Origin: Somniosus microcephalus
Lineage: Eukaryota
Length of the DNA: 64,000 bases
NCBI GenBank assembly: GCA_052327205.1
Contig: CM126228.1
Coordinates: 25,730,001-25,794,000, forward strand
Direction: 5' to 3'
Shown: positions 12,972-25,825 of the stretch, piece after piece
Layout of the letters: each line of letters opens with the position of its first letter
Numbering within the stretch: the stretch's first letter is position 1
Notes under the pieces: model-generated
Told to the model about the DNA's origin: nothing
Databases searched by the model: none
What the model saw: only the letters and a program-made list of their open reading frames with translations
Program-made: the position numbers and the translations under genes

Positions 12972-15002
12972 CTAACAAGGGAAATTAGGGATAGCATAAG
13001 ATCCAAGGAGAGGACATATAAATTGGCTAGAAAAAGCAATAATCCTGAGGATTGGGAGCAGTTTAGGAGTCAACAAAGGAGGACAAAGGGATTAATTAAG
13101 AAAGGGAAAATAGAATATGAGAGTAAGCTAGCAGGGAACATAAAAACTGACTCAAAGCTTTTATAGATATGTGAAGAGAAAAAGATTAGTGAAGTCAAGC
13201 GTAGGTCCCTTACAGTCAGAATCAGGGGAATTTATAATGGGAAACAAGGAAATGGCAGACCAACTAAATGCATACTTTGGTTCTGTCTTCACAAAGGAGG
13301 ACACAAATAACCTCCCAGAGATGCCGGGGAACATAGGGTCTGATGAAAGCGAGGAACTGAAAGAAATCAGTATTTGTAGGAAAATGGTGTTAGGAAAATT
13401 GATGGGACTGAAGGCCGATAAATCCCCAGGGCCTGATGGTCTACATCCCAGGGTACTTAAGGAAGTGGCCCTCGAGATAGTAGATGCATTACTGATCATC
13501 TTCCAGAACTCGACAGACTCTGGAACGGTACCCATGGATTGGAGGGTAGCTAATTTTAACCCCACTATTCAAAAAAGGTGGTAGAGAAAAAGCGGGGAAT
13601 TATAGACCAGTAAGCTTGACATCGGTAGTGGGGAAAATGCTAGAGTCTATTATAAAAGATGTAATAGCCGAGCACTTGGAAAGCAGTGACAGGATCGGAC
13701 AAAGTCAACATGGATTTACAAAAGGTAAATCATGCTTGACTAATCTACTGGAATTTTTTGAGGATGTAACTGGTAAAATAGATAAGGGAGAACCAGTGGA
13801 TGTGGTGTATTTGGACTTTCAGAAGTCTTTCGATAAGGTCCCACACAAGAGATTAGCGTGCAAAATTAAGGCACATGGGATTGGGGGCAAGGTATTGACT
13901 TGGATAGAGAACTGGTTGGCGGACAGAAAGCAAAGAGTTGGAATAAACGGGTCGTTTTCCGAGTGGCAGGCAGTGACTAGTGGGGTACCGCAAGGATCGG
14001 TCCTAGGACCCCAGCTGTTCACAATATATATTAATGATCTGGACGAGGGAATTGGACGTAATATCTCCAAATTTGCAGACGACACAAAGCTGGGCGGGAG
14101 GGTAATCTGCGAGGAGGATGTCGGGAAACTCCAGTACGATTTGGACAGGTTGGGTGATTGGGCAGAAACATGGCAAATGCACTATAATGTGGATAAATGT
14201 GAGGTTATCCACTTTGGTGGCAAAAACAGGAAGGCAGATTATTATTTGAATGGCAATAGATTGGGAGAAGGGGAAGTGCAAAGAGACCTGGGTGTCCTTG
14301 TGCACCAGTCGCTGAAGGTAAGCATGCAGGTGCAGCAGGCGGTTAAGAAGGCAAATGGTATGTTGGCCTTCGTAGCAAGAGGGTTCGAGTACAGGAACAA
14401 GGATGTCTTGCTACAGTTGTACAGGGCCTTGGTGAGACCGCACCTTGAGTATTGTGTGCAGTTTTGGTCACCTTACCTGAGGAAGGACGTTCTTGCCATG
14501 GAGGGAGTGCAGTGAAGATTCACCAGGCTGATACCTGGGATGGCAGGAATGACGTATGAGGAGAGATTGTGTCGATTGGGCTTATACTCACTGGAGTTTA
14601 GAAGATTGAGAGGGGATCTCATCGAAACCTATAAAATTCTGTCAGGTCTGGACAGACTAGATGCAGGAAGGATGTTTCTGATGGCCGGGAAGTCCAGAAC
14701 CAGGGGTCATAGTCTAAGGATAAGGGGTAAGCCATTTAGGACTGAAATGAGGAGGAATTTCTTCACCCAGAGAGTGGTGAACCTGTGGAATTCTCTGCCA
14801 CAGAGGGCGGTGGAGGCCGATTCATTAAATATATTCAAGAAAGAGTTGGATATATTTCTTGAGGCTAAAGGGATCAAGGGATATGGGGAAAAGGCAGGGA
14901 CAGGGTACTGAATTGGGATGATCAGCCATGATCACATTGAATGGCGGAGCAGGCTCGAAGGGCCGAATGGCCTACTCCTGCTCCTATCTTCTATGTTTCT
15001 AT
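12972..15002 (+). mobile_element. 5'-truncated CR1 LINE (RT region, disrupted)
   Basis: KSPGPDG, QHGF, YLDFQKSFDKV, GVPQGSVLGP, KFADD motifs; frameshifts near 13150 and 13555, stop at 14513-14515; tail ctcctatcttctatgtttctat. Confidence 0.95.
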
Positions 15003-15268
15003 AACTACTTTATCTATAAGCTCCTTCATATCTTGTGATGGTAATTGTGTAGTAATCTTCCTCTTTGCCAACCAGCTGTGCTTTTCAGATTGTTTAATAC
15101 AACCATTCTGTTTCGACTGTCCTTTAATCAGCTTCATTGTATTGCTTTTAGTTCTGTCTATCTTATTCTAAAGTGATTATCTGGATCTGTGAAGTAGCTG
15201 TACACTGAGAGAACATCCCCAGCTGGACAGTACTTTGTTTCTTGCGGAGTCATTTGGAATTTCTCGCT

Positions 15269-15273
<5 letters not shown>

Positions 15274-15305
<32 letters not shown>
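15274..15305. repeat. (TA)n microsatellite
   Basis: Direct inspection. Confidence 0.9.
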
Positions 15306-15308
<3 letters not shown>

Positions 15309-16843
15309 CCTGTTAGCCAAAGAACAAATGTTTACCAACACAATCTAATCATGCAGTGATACCTAAACTGAAGCCAGTTAAACATATTTTTGACATCAAG
15401 GGAAAGTCGACTTTGCGTGGAATTTGGAGTGAAAGCTTCAACCCTGTGACTTCCGATCGTCTGGCACTGCAAAGCCGGCGTAGCTCAATAAATACCTAGT
15501 GCGATATTCCCGGTGCTGTAAGCTGGTAATTGAAAGCCCACCCACATATTGGGTAAATTAATTTATTCCATGACTTGTGGCGGCGCTCCATATAAGCAAG
15601 GATGCCTTGAATTAAACTTGATCTCGCTGGAACTGAAAGTATAAATTGGTTGCAAGACTCCTTGGCTGCCATTGGCGAGTTTGGCCAGTTCCAGGCTTCA
15701 CTGCCCAGTAGAGCAGTGTGCGGTCCCGCTGAGCTCCAAGGGGGTGAGGGTGGCTGGAACGCAACGGACTAAACAGTTCGTTCTTGTCCCAAGAAAAGTA
15801 ACTTTAGTTATCCAAATGTGGAGCAACATTGGCGTAGAATTCTACACCCAAATGATCTTATCCTTGCTGTGGGGACCCTGTGCATTTTCTTTGTTGGTGG
15901 GGGGGGGGGGGGGGGGGCGGCGCGTGGAGTTGGGGAAAGAGTAGGAGTCACTTTAAAATGCCCTTTCCCAACAAATGTGTTCTGAGGTTATTTGGGTCGA
16001 GCTCTAATGGTATCCGCTGGAAGGGAGATCTTTTGATCGGGGTTTATTTGTGTTTGATTATAATTCTGCTAACCTCGCAAAACACACACACAGACCACCC
16101 AGATGTTTGAAGTTTAGGGTGCTTTAATATTGAGTTCTTCCTCCCACAGGCTTATCCTGCAGAGGGAACAGTTTAGTAAGTGTTTGGAATAGGAAGTTTT
16201 ATCCCACGGGATGTGCTTTCACTGGTGCAGCCCAAATGCATTAACACACCTGAAGGGGAAAGTGATTTGGTTGCACCCAAAATCTCCAGTTTTTAGTGCT
16301 ACAACAATGCAGATTTGGACAATCTGTTGGTAAATTGATCTCTTTTATATAAAAAAAAATGTTTTAAATTGAGGGTTGCTGTATATAACTGATTCAATTA
16401 GCTAAGGGTTACACAAATGATTGACTTGGGTCAAAAACTTGACCTGCGCCATTTTTCCCTGGATGTTGAAAGTTTTCAATCGGTATGATATGTACAAGTT
16501 ATTGATATGCTAAGAGTCACCCCATCTGCTCACTTGCACATTTTATGAACTTTACATTGTCTTGAGCGCTAGGAAATATAATGAATTGTTGTGAAAAGTA
16601 AGTTTTGATCACTGGACTGAGCCCTGCATTGAAAGCTCAAAGGATGCAATGTTCAAAATAGTTGTAAATCTTCGACTGGGTGTCTCATTTACCCTTTCTA
16701 CCCCTAGTAGACCCAGATTGGATAATTGGTCAATGCAGCACAAACAAAGAGATATTATCAACAACAACTTGTATTTATATAGCTCCTTTAATGTAGTAAA
16801 ATGCCCCAAAGCATTCCTCAGGAGCTACGATATTCTACAAGTG

Positions 16844-17087
16844 CCATTCATCAGGCACTGTATTCCCTGTGTTTAGTTTAGTTTCAGTTTCATTTCCTTA
16901 CCTGTATTGTATTGTGTGTAGGGCTCCGCCCATACCTGGCCCCTACTTAAGCAAGCCCCAGCGTGTCTCACAGCAGTACAGCAGATCTCTGGATGAGAGA
17001 CACTTCTCCAATGTGTATTACTTTGAGTTAATAAAAGCCTTGCTTTGCTCCATTAACGTCGAGTCTCGGATTCATTGAGGCGCATCA
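16844..17087 (+). mobile_element. Possible solo LTR
   Basis: GC box (ctccgccc), TATA-like tacttaag, AATAAA 17030-17035, ends ...gcgcatca; aagtg on both flanks (16839-16843, 17088-17092); no clear 5' TG terminus. Confidence 0.4.
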
Positions 17088-17298
17088 AAGTGTATCTTAA
17101 AATTTGAGAAACTTGGTATCGAAGAAGTGACACATTGGTATAACCAACTACAAAGTATCATTATCTGATCAAAACCAACAAGTAAAACGTTGGAACTGAA
17201 GTGGTTGTGTTGCAATTTTAAGCTTGAAGAGGAAACTAGCTGTTCTCGCTATGAATTAAAAAGCTGAATATTGCTCCATAACTTTGGTAAGACACTTA

Positions 17299-18093
17299 AG
17301 GGCCGATTTTGTCAATGGGGGCGCGTTGGAGGCGGGACTGCTGCTTGTCGTGTTTCAGTCCCGCCTCCATCGATTTGTGGCCAACCCACGCTCTTTTCCC
17401 TTGATTGACCTTGTTAAGCCCGCCCAGCGGGCTCAGCAGGCCAATTAAGGGAAAGCCGGTTGCAGTGAACGTTAACGTATGACGTTTCATCTTTGACAGA
17501 TGAATTGTCATTGTTTGACAGCTCTGTGAAGCTGTCAAACACTGACATTCTCTGTAGTTTGATGAGGTCTTGAATTCAAGACTCATCAAACTTCTTTCTT
17601 TTACAGAAATGAGATGGTGGTTGCATCTGAGAATGCAACGGCCATCTGTCATCTGCAACACGGAGGTCCGAGGCTCTCCGCATAGAAACCGACTGAAGCC
17701 TGCAGGAAGAAACAAAGGTAAGTACACTTTAACTAACACTTTGCACTTACCTCAGATACTCACCTCTCTGCTCTTGCACCCATCACTTACCTTCACACCA
17801 CACTTTTTCACCCCTCCCGACCCCCGCAGACCCCCTACTCGCCTCGCTGACCTGGTGGGTTTTGGAGCCTTTGGGAAGCCCACACTTGTGAGCGCAAAAA
17901 GGGGATAATCCTATTTTCTGACTGTTAACTTCCTGTTAACGGGCACTTAATAGGCTTTAATCCCTTCCCGCCTCCAAGGAGATGGGACCTGGCGCGGGGC
18001 GGCTACCCGCCTCCTGGGAAGATGGCATGGAGGCCCGTTGGGGGCGGGTTGGGCACCCGCCTCCATGCCATCAGGGCTGGCAAAATAGCCCCC
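17299..18093. mobile_element. Non-autonomous PIF/Harbinger-like DNA transposon
   Basis: Imperfect TIR gggccgattttgtca / tggcaaaatagcccc (12/15), TTA on both flanks, GC-rich subterminal cccgcc repeats. Confidence 0.6.
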
Positions 18094-18384
18094 TTAGTTT
18101 CCAAGTTTATATAGCCAGACTTGAATGCACTTATCTCTTTAATCATTGGCGTGTAATGTTAGCCACACTTTTGGTGGAGCAACAATCGCAATTGTAGAAT
18201 ATTGGCGTAGGGAGGGATTTTCACTTGGCTAGTGGGAAGCATAGAACTAATTTTTCATGGTTTCGCCTTTACTAAATGAAGAAAGTTTTGTGAAAATAAA
18301 CAAAAAAATAAATTTGCTGTATCCAGAGAGCAATATCTGCAATGTGCCATTGTTATTGAAAGAGGACACAAATTTAAGGTAATT

Positions 18385-18626
18385 GGAAAAATAACCAGAG
18401 GCGACATGAGGAAAATATTTTTACGCTGTGAGTTGTGATCTGGAACACACTGCCTGAGTGGGTAGAGGAAGCAGATTCAATAATAACTTTCAAAAGGAAT
18501 TGGATAAATACTTGCAGGGCTATGGGGAAAGAGCAGGAGAGTGGGACTAATTGGAGAGCTCTTTCAAAGAGCTGGCACAGGCGCAATGGGCCAAATAGCC
18601 TCCTTCTGTACTCTATCATTCTATGA
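18385..18626 (+). mobile_element. Older CR1 3' fragment
   Basis: MRKIFL..VIWNTLPEWVEEADSIITFKR; tail gggccaaatagcctccttctgtactctatcattctatga. Confidence 0.8.
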
Positions 18627-19309
18627 AAGATGTTGTGTCTAGAACCCATAAATGACACAGTTTATCTGTGATCTTGGGTTATTTTATTGATCACTGAATT
18701 CCAAATAAGTTTGAGACCGGTTTTTAAACAGGCTAATTTTTGAGTCAATCTAAGATGGCACATCTCTTAACCCATTCCAGCAGGAAGCTGGTCATTTCCC
18801 CCCCCCCCCCCCCACCCCCTCCCCAGGCCCGTCACACCCTCACACTGAAGTTCCAAGAGACGGTATTCCAGCTTCTCTCACCATCACCATCTGTTTCAGA
18901 ACTCTGTGGGCTTTTCTTCAAAAGGGTCTGATTGTCTGACAAAGCCAGATGTGGAGATGAATCCCTAGCTTCTTCACACCATGCCTGGTCCTTTTTAAAA
19001 ATTCTGCGGGGGGCAATATTTTTCAGAAAGATGTTAACAGGCTCCAGTTCTTTTCCTTGGTATTTAACAAGTGATTCTCCCCCTCTCCACCCCCCTCCCC
19101 TTCATTTTTCATTAAGCCAGCAGATGGCCATTGGGTGGAATGGCTACGCGAGAGTGTGCAGAAGCTAAACTGTCCGCTACCAGCAATGTATTTCTAATTG
19201 GGTTTTTAGCTTGGACAGTTTCTTTTGCTATCTCTGGATGCCCTATTTAATAGACTATTTAATTCATTTGTTCTCCAGCATTTGCTCCTCTGCAGTGAGG
19301 ACTATTCAA

Positions 19310-19817
19310 GCTATAGTACTAGGGGATTCTATTGTAAGGGGAATAGATGGGTGTTTCTGTGGCCGCAAACGAGACTCCAGGATGGTGTGTTGCCTCCCTG
19401 GTGCAAGGGTCAAGGATGTCTCAGAGCGGCTGCAAAACATCTTGGAAGGGGAGGGTGAACAGCCAGTTGTCGTGGTGCATATAGGTACCAACGATATAGG
19501 TAAAAAACGGGATGAGGTCCTAAAAGCTGAATATAGGGAGTTAGGAGGTAAATTTAAAAAATAGGACCGCCAAGGTAGTAATCTCAGGATTGCTACCAGT
19601 GCCACGTGCTAGTCAGAGTAGAAATAGAAGGATATTTCAGATGAATACGTGGCTAGAGGAATGGTGTGAGGGGGAGGGATTCAAATTCCTGGGACATTGG
19701 AACTGGTTCTGGGGGAGGTGGGACCAGTTCAAACCGGACGGTTTGCACCTGGGCAGGGCCGGGACCGATGTCCTAGGGGGAGTGTTTGCTAGTGCTCTGG
19801 GGGAGGGTTTAAACTAA
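19310..19817 (+). pseudogene. CR1 ORF1 SGNH/GDSL esterase domain, frameshifted and 5'-truncated
   Basis: IVLGDSIVRG, CCLPGARVKDV, VVVHIGTND, DGLHL split over ORFs 19211-19564 and 19590-19817. Confidence 0.88.
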
Positions 19818-19939
19818 AATGGCAGGGGGTTGGGAACCTGAGCAGAGGGATAAAGGAAAGGGAAACAAGGATAAAAGAAAAAGATAGGAAGGAGAAAAAC
19901 AAAAGTGGCAATCAGAGAAATCAGCAGTTTAAATCAAAC

Positions 19940-22795
19940 ATGGCCACAGTAAATAATAATTCTAATAGGTCTAAGAGCGTTAAAAAAACAAGCCTGAAGG
20001 CTTTGTGTCTTAATGCGAAGAGCATTCGTAATAAGGTGGATGAATTAGCTGCGCAAATAGAGGTAAACAATTATGATTTGATTGGGATTACGGAAACATG
20101 GCTCCAGGATGGCCAAGGCTGGGAACTCAACATCCAGGGGTATTCAATATTCAGGAAAGATAGGCAAAAAGGAAAGGGAGGTGGGGTACCATTGCTGGTT
20201 AAAGAAGGGATTAACACAATTGTAAGGAAGGATATTAGCTCTGATGATGTGGAATCTGTATGGGTAGAACTGAGAAATACCAAGGGGCAGAAAACGTTAG
20301 TGGGAGTGGTATATAGACCTCCAAACAGTAATGCGGAGGTTGGGGATGGCATTAAAAGGGAAATTAGAGAAGCGTGCAATAAGGGCACAGCAGTCATCAT
20401 GGGTGACTTTAATCTACATATAAATTGGGCTAACCAAATTAGTAACAATATTGTGGAGGAGGAATTCCTGGAGTGTTTACGGGATGGTTTCCTGGACCAA
20501 TATGTCGAGGAACCAACCAGAGATCAGGCCATCTTAGACTGGGTATTATGTAACGAGAAAGGATTACTTAACAATCTTGTACGAGGCCCCTTGGGTCGGA
20601 GCGATCATAATATGATAGAATTCTTCATTAAGATGGAGAATGAAGTTGTTGACTCAGAGACTAGGATCCTGAATTTAAATAAAGGAAACTACGATGGTCT
20701 GAGGTGCGCGTTGGGTAGGATTGATTGGGGAATGTCCCTCAAAGGGTTGACGGTGGATAGGCAATGGCAAACATTCAAAGACCGCATGGATGAACTACAG
20801 AATTTGTTCATCCCAGTTTGGCATAAAAATAAAACAAAAAAGGTGACTCAACCGTGGCTACCAAGGGAAATTAGGGATAACATAAGATCCAAGGAGAGAA
20901 CATATAAATTGGCCAGAAAAAGCAGTAAACCTGAGGATTGGGAGCAGTTTAGGATCCAACAAAGGAGGACAAATGGATTAATTAAGAAGAGGAAAACAGA
21001 ATATGAGAGTAAGCTTGCAGGGAACATAAAACTGGCTGTAAAAGCTTTTATAGATATGTGAAGAGAAAAAGATTGGTGAAGTCAAGCGTAGGTCCCTTGC
21101 AGTCAGAATCAGGGGAATTTATAATGGGGAACAAAGAAATGGTAGACCAATTAAATATATATTTTGGTTCTGTCTTCACAAAGGAGGACACAAATAACCT
21201 CCCAGAGCTGTCGGGGAACATAGGGTCTGATGAAAGGGAGGAACTGAAGGAAATCAGTATTTGTAGGGAAATGGTGTTAAGGAAATTGATGGGATTGAAG
21301 GCCGATAAATCCCCAGGGCTTGATAATCTACATCCTAGGGTACTTAAGGAAGTGGCCCTAGAAATAGTAGATGCATTGCTGATCATCTTCCAACATTCGA
21401 TGGAATCTGGAACAGTACCCATGGATTGGAGGGTAGCTAATGTTACCCCACTATTCAAAAAAGGTGGTAGAGAGAAAATGGGGAATTACAGACCGGTAAG
21501 CCTGACATCGGTAGTGGGGAAAATGCTAGAGTCCATTATCAAAGATGTAATAGCAGAGCACTTGGAAAACAGTGACAGGATCGGACAAAGTCAACATGGA
21601 TTTACAAAGGGTAAATCGTGCTTGACTAATCTACTGGAATTTTTTGAGGATGTAACTGGTAAAATAGATAAGGGAGAACCAGTGGATGTGGTGTATTTGG
21701 ACTTTCAGAAGGCTTTTGATAAGGTCCCGCATAAGAAATTAGCGTGTAAAGTTAAGGCACATGGGATTAAGGGCAAGGTACTGACTTGGATAGAGAACTG
21801 GTTGGCAGACAGAAAGCAAAGAGTTGGAATAAACGGGTCTTTTTCCGAGTGGCAGGCAGTGACTAGTGGGGTACCGCAGGGATCGGTCCTTGGACCCCAG
21901 CTATTCACAATATATATTAATGATCTAGACAAGGGAACTAGATGTAATATGTCCAAATTTGCAGACGACACAAAGCTGGGTGGGCGTGTGTGCTGTGAGG
22001 AGGATGCCGAGAAACTCCAGGATGATTTGGACAGGTTGGGTGATTGGGCAGAAGCATGGCAGATGCAATATAACGTGGATAAATGAGGTTATCCACTTTG
22101 GTAGCAAAAACAGGAAGGCAGATTATTATCTGAATGGCAATAGATTGGGAGAAGGGGAAGTGCAACGAGACCTGGGTGTCCTTGTGCACCAGCCGCTGAA
22201 GGTAAGCATGCAGGTGCAGCAGGCGGTTAAGAAGGCAAATGGTATGTTGGCCTTCATAGCGAGAGGGTTTGAGTACAGGAACAAGGATGTCTTGCTGCAG
22301 TTGTACAGGGCCTTGGTGAGACCACACCTTGAGTATTGTGTGCAGTTTTGGTTGCCTTACCTGAGGAAGGATGTTCTTGCCATGGAGGGAGTGCAGTGAA
22401 GATTCACCAGACTGATACCTGGGATGGCAGGAATGACTTATGAGGAGAGATTGGATCGATTGGGCTTGTACTCGCTGGAGTTTAGATGAATGAGAGGGGA
22501 TCTCATCGAAACTTATAAAATTCTAACAGGACTAGACAGACTAGATGCTGGAAGGATGTTCCTGATGGTCGGGGAGTCCAGAACCAGGGGTCACAGTCTA
22601 AGGATAAGGGGTAAGCCATTTAGGACAGAAATGAGGAGGAATTTCTTCACCCAGAGAGTGGTGAACCTGTGGAATTCTCTACCACAGAAGGCAGTAGAGG
22701 CCAATTCATTAAATATATTCAAGAAGGAGTTGGATATATTTCTCAAGGCTAAAGGGATCAAGGGATATGGAGAGAAAGCAGGGACAGGGTACTGA
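19940..22795 (+). pseudogene. CR1 ORF2 (APE endonuclease + reverse transcriptase), disrupted
   Basis: GITETWL, VVYRPP, MGDFN, SDH; YLDFQKAFDKV, KFADD; frameshifts near 21030 and 22085, stops at 22397 and about 22487. Confidence 0.92.
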
Positions 22796-23159
22796 ATTTG
22801 GATGATCAGCCAGGATCGCATTGAATGGCGGAGCAGGCTCGAGGGGCCGAATGGCCTACTCCTGCTCCTATCTTCTATGTTTCTATTAGGAATTCATTAA
22901 TTCATTTCCCCCCATACACTTGAGTTTGACCACTTCTGTACCATTGTGACAGACTCTTCCATCTTAGAGATTGCTTAGTTCTCAATTTATTTGAGCTGTG
23001 TCCTCAAAAAGGCCTACTTGCATGGTACAGATCAGCAAAGTCTACACCGTGTGTTCATGGACAAATGCTTAGTATTGTGTGGCATCCATTGGCTTTTCTC
23101 GAGTTTACCTCCGGCTATCTAATAAAAGTCAGGAGGCACACTGTGCGGTGCCGAGTCAC

Positions 23160-23400
23160 ACAAGTTGGGCAGATCCCGGTCTGACATGAGTTGCTGGTTT
23201 TACTACAATCGGCCTCCCAGGTCCCTGGGCTAAGCAGGGGGAAAGAAATCAGCCAGAGGTTCCACTCCTGATTGCTGTCTAGTGTCTCCTGCAGCAAGCG
23301 TGCAATGGACATTTGGTTTAGGACAGGGTTGGCTTGGCCATGTTGCTCTCCACAGATGTATAGTTGATGGGCTATCACTACCTAGGTGCACACTTACTTC
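23160..23400 (+). mobile_element. Degenerate copy of an old SINE-like family
   Basis: Shared motif cctgggcta..ggg.aaa..tcagccaga.gttcc.ctcctgatt also at about 40590-40640 and 61860-61905. Confidence 0.55.
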
Positions 23401-24061
23401 CGACCTACTTGAGGTACTTTTTTGAGGTCTGCCAGCGTCTGTGAAGCCACTTTCAGGAGAACAAGAGAAAATTGGAGGGGAAACCAACAAAATTGGGGAA
23501 GAAGTGAAGGTAGAATAAGCTTGGTAGCAAGCGAGCCTGCTCTCTGATCTGCTTTCTTTCAGGGAAGCACAGCAAGATATTTTCCTTCCTGGAGGTGGGG
23601 GAACCTTCTTTCCCAAATATAGGCAAGAGCATTCTGCACAGACTGAGCTGGTGTTTATGTATGAGAGAGGTTGCAGAAAGTAGTATTCACATCTTCACTG
23701 CAGCTGCTGCCCAGCAATGTAAGGGACTGTGTCCAGGGTAAGGAAATGCTGACCCTGCTTTCTGTAGCACTTCTCAAATGTTCCAGTACCTTCAGAAGAG
23801 CGGCCTCCAGCTGAGCTCCTCGCAAGTGCATAAAGCAACGTTTTGTCTCCCTGCTTTCGGTTAGTGGATTTTGAAGACCCCTTTTCTTGTCCCAGCCTGA
23901 GAATAGAACCTCCATAAGCCCATGGACCTGCTATCTGAGTAAATATCCTGTGAATTAAACTACTTTACCCAACGAATGGTTCTGGTGTCTGCTGAGGGGC
24001 AGGTGTCTGAATTAGATACTTTAAATACTTTCAAGTCTTGAGCCTCACACACAACCTTACC

Positions 24062-25639
24062 AATCTTCAAGAAAGGTGACAAGTCCGATTGCGGTAATTA
24101 CAGAGGAGTTTCCTTGCTGTCTGCCACAGGGAAAGTCATCGCAAGAATCCTCCTCAGTTGCCTTCTCCCAGTGGCCGAAGAGCTCCTCCCAGAGTCACAG
24201 TGTGGATTCCGCCCACTTAGGGGGCACAATGGACATGATCTTCACCGCACGTCAATTACAAGAGAAATGCAGGGAATAGCACCAACCGCTGTACATGGCC
24301 TTCTTTGACCTCAAAGGCCTTCGACACTGTCAACCATGAGGGATTATGGAGTGTCCTCCTCAAATTCGGCTGCCATTAAGTTTGTCACCATCCTCCGCCT
24401 GCTTCACGACGACATGCAAGCCGTGATCCTGACCAATGGTTCCATCACAGACCCAATTCACGTACGGACCGGGGTCAAGCAAGGCTGTGTCATCACACCA
24501 ACGCTCTTCTCGATCTTCCTTGCTGCAATGCTCCATCTCACCCTCAGTAAGCTCCCCGCTGGAGTGGAGCTAATTTACAGAACAAATGGGAAACTGTTCA
24601 ACCTCTGTCGCCTCCAGTCCAGATCCAAGGTCATGCCATCCTCTGTCGTTGAATTACAGTATGCAGACGATGCTTGCGTCTGCGCTCATTTGGAGGTCGA
24701 ACTCCAAGCCATCGTCGACGCCTTCACCGAAGCGCACGAGAGCATGGGCCTTACACTAAACATCCGTAAGACAAAGGTCCTCTACTAACCTGCCCCCGCC
24801 ACACAGTACTGTCCCCTGATTGTCCAAGGCCTTGTCGTGGATTTTGATAATGTGGACCACTTTCCATACCTTGGGAGCCTACTGTCAACAAGGGCAGACG
24901 TCGATGACCAAGTCCAACTTCAGTGTGCCAGTGCAGCCTTTGGTCACCTGAGGAAGAGAGTGTTTGAAGACCAGAACCTCAAACCCGGCACTAAGCTCAT
25001 GGTCTACAGAGCAGCAGTGATACCCGCTGTGTATGCCTCAGAGGCATGGACCGTGTACAGTAGGAACCTCCAAGCACTGGAGAGGTATCACCAACGCTGT
25101 CTCCGCAAGATCCTGCAAATCCATTGGCAGGATAGATGCACCAACGTCGGTGTTCTTGCTCAGGCCAACATCCCCAGCATCGAAGCTTTAACCACGCTCG
25201 ATCAGTTCCGATGGACGGGTCACATTGTCCGCATGCCCGATACGAGACTCCCAAAACAAGCGCTCTACTCGGAGCTCCGGCACGGCAAGAGAGCCCCAGG
25301 TGGGAAGAGGAAACACTTCAAGGACACCCTCAAAGCCTCCTTGGAAAAAGTGTAACATCCCCACTGACACCTGGGAATCCCTGGCCCAAGACTGCACAAA
25401 GTGGAGGAGAAGCATCCGGGAAGGCGCCAAACACCTCGAGTCTCTTTGCCGGGAGCAAGCGCAAGGAGTGCACGTCAACCCAAGCACCCCACATGCCCGC
25501 CCCTTCAACCACCGTATGCCCCACCTGTGACAGAGACTGCAGGTCCCGCATTGGACTCATCAGTCACCTGCGAACTCATTTTTAATGTGGAAGCAAGTCA
25601 TCCTCGGTTCCGAGGGACTGCCAAAGAAAGAAAGAAAGA
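24062..25639 (+). mobile_element. 5'-truncated RTE-clade LINE
   Basis: IFKKGDKSDCGNYRGVSLLS, PESQCGFR, GVKQGCV, LQYADD, FPYLGS, RLPKQALYSEL, C-terminal CPTC..SRIGLISHLRTH; (aaag)n tail; multiple frameshifts. Confidence 0.93.
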
Positions 25640-25704
25640 TTGGTATCTGTGAAAGTGGCTGTGATCTGTCTCAAACCCACTTGGCTGCCATCTCACTGTC
25701 AGAC

Positions 25705-25825
25705 TTGGCTCGGTATTAGCACACACTCCTCTGATTCAGAAGGTCGTGGGTTCAAGTCCCACTCTAGAGACTTGAGCACAAAATCTAGGCTGACACTCCA
25801 GCGCAGTATTGAGCGGGGTGCTGTC
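25705..25825 (+). mobile_element. Deu-domain SINE 5' head fragment
   Basis: ggctcggt...ctctgattcagaaggtcgtgggttcaagtcccactctagagacttgagcac. Confidence 0.75.

Larger units (their letters stand above)
19310..22886 (+). mobile_element. Near full-length CR1 LINE (ORF1 esterase part, ORF2, 3' UTR)
   Basis: SGNH esterase motifs then APE endonuclease and RT motifs; CR1 tail at 22865-22886. Confidence 0.96.

Noticed and set aside
21020-21065. Frameshift at a similar position in both plus-strand CR1 ORF2 copies (also about 13150), suggesting programmed frameshifting
   Set aside because: The lesions differ (a 1-nt loss in an A run versus a different small deletion); ordinary decay
13161-22821. Antisense ORFs over CR1 copies (e.g. 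13161-13565, 21048-21458, 22591-22821)
   Set aside because: Shadow frames of LINE ORF2
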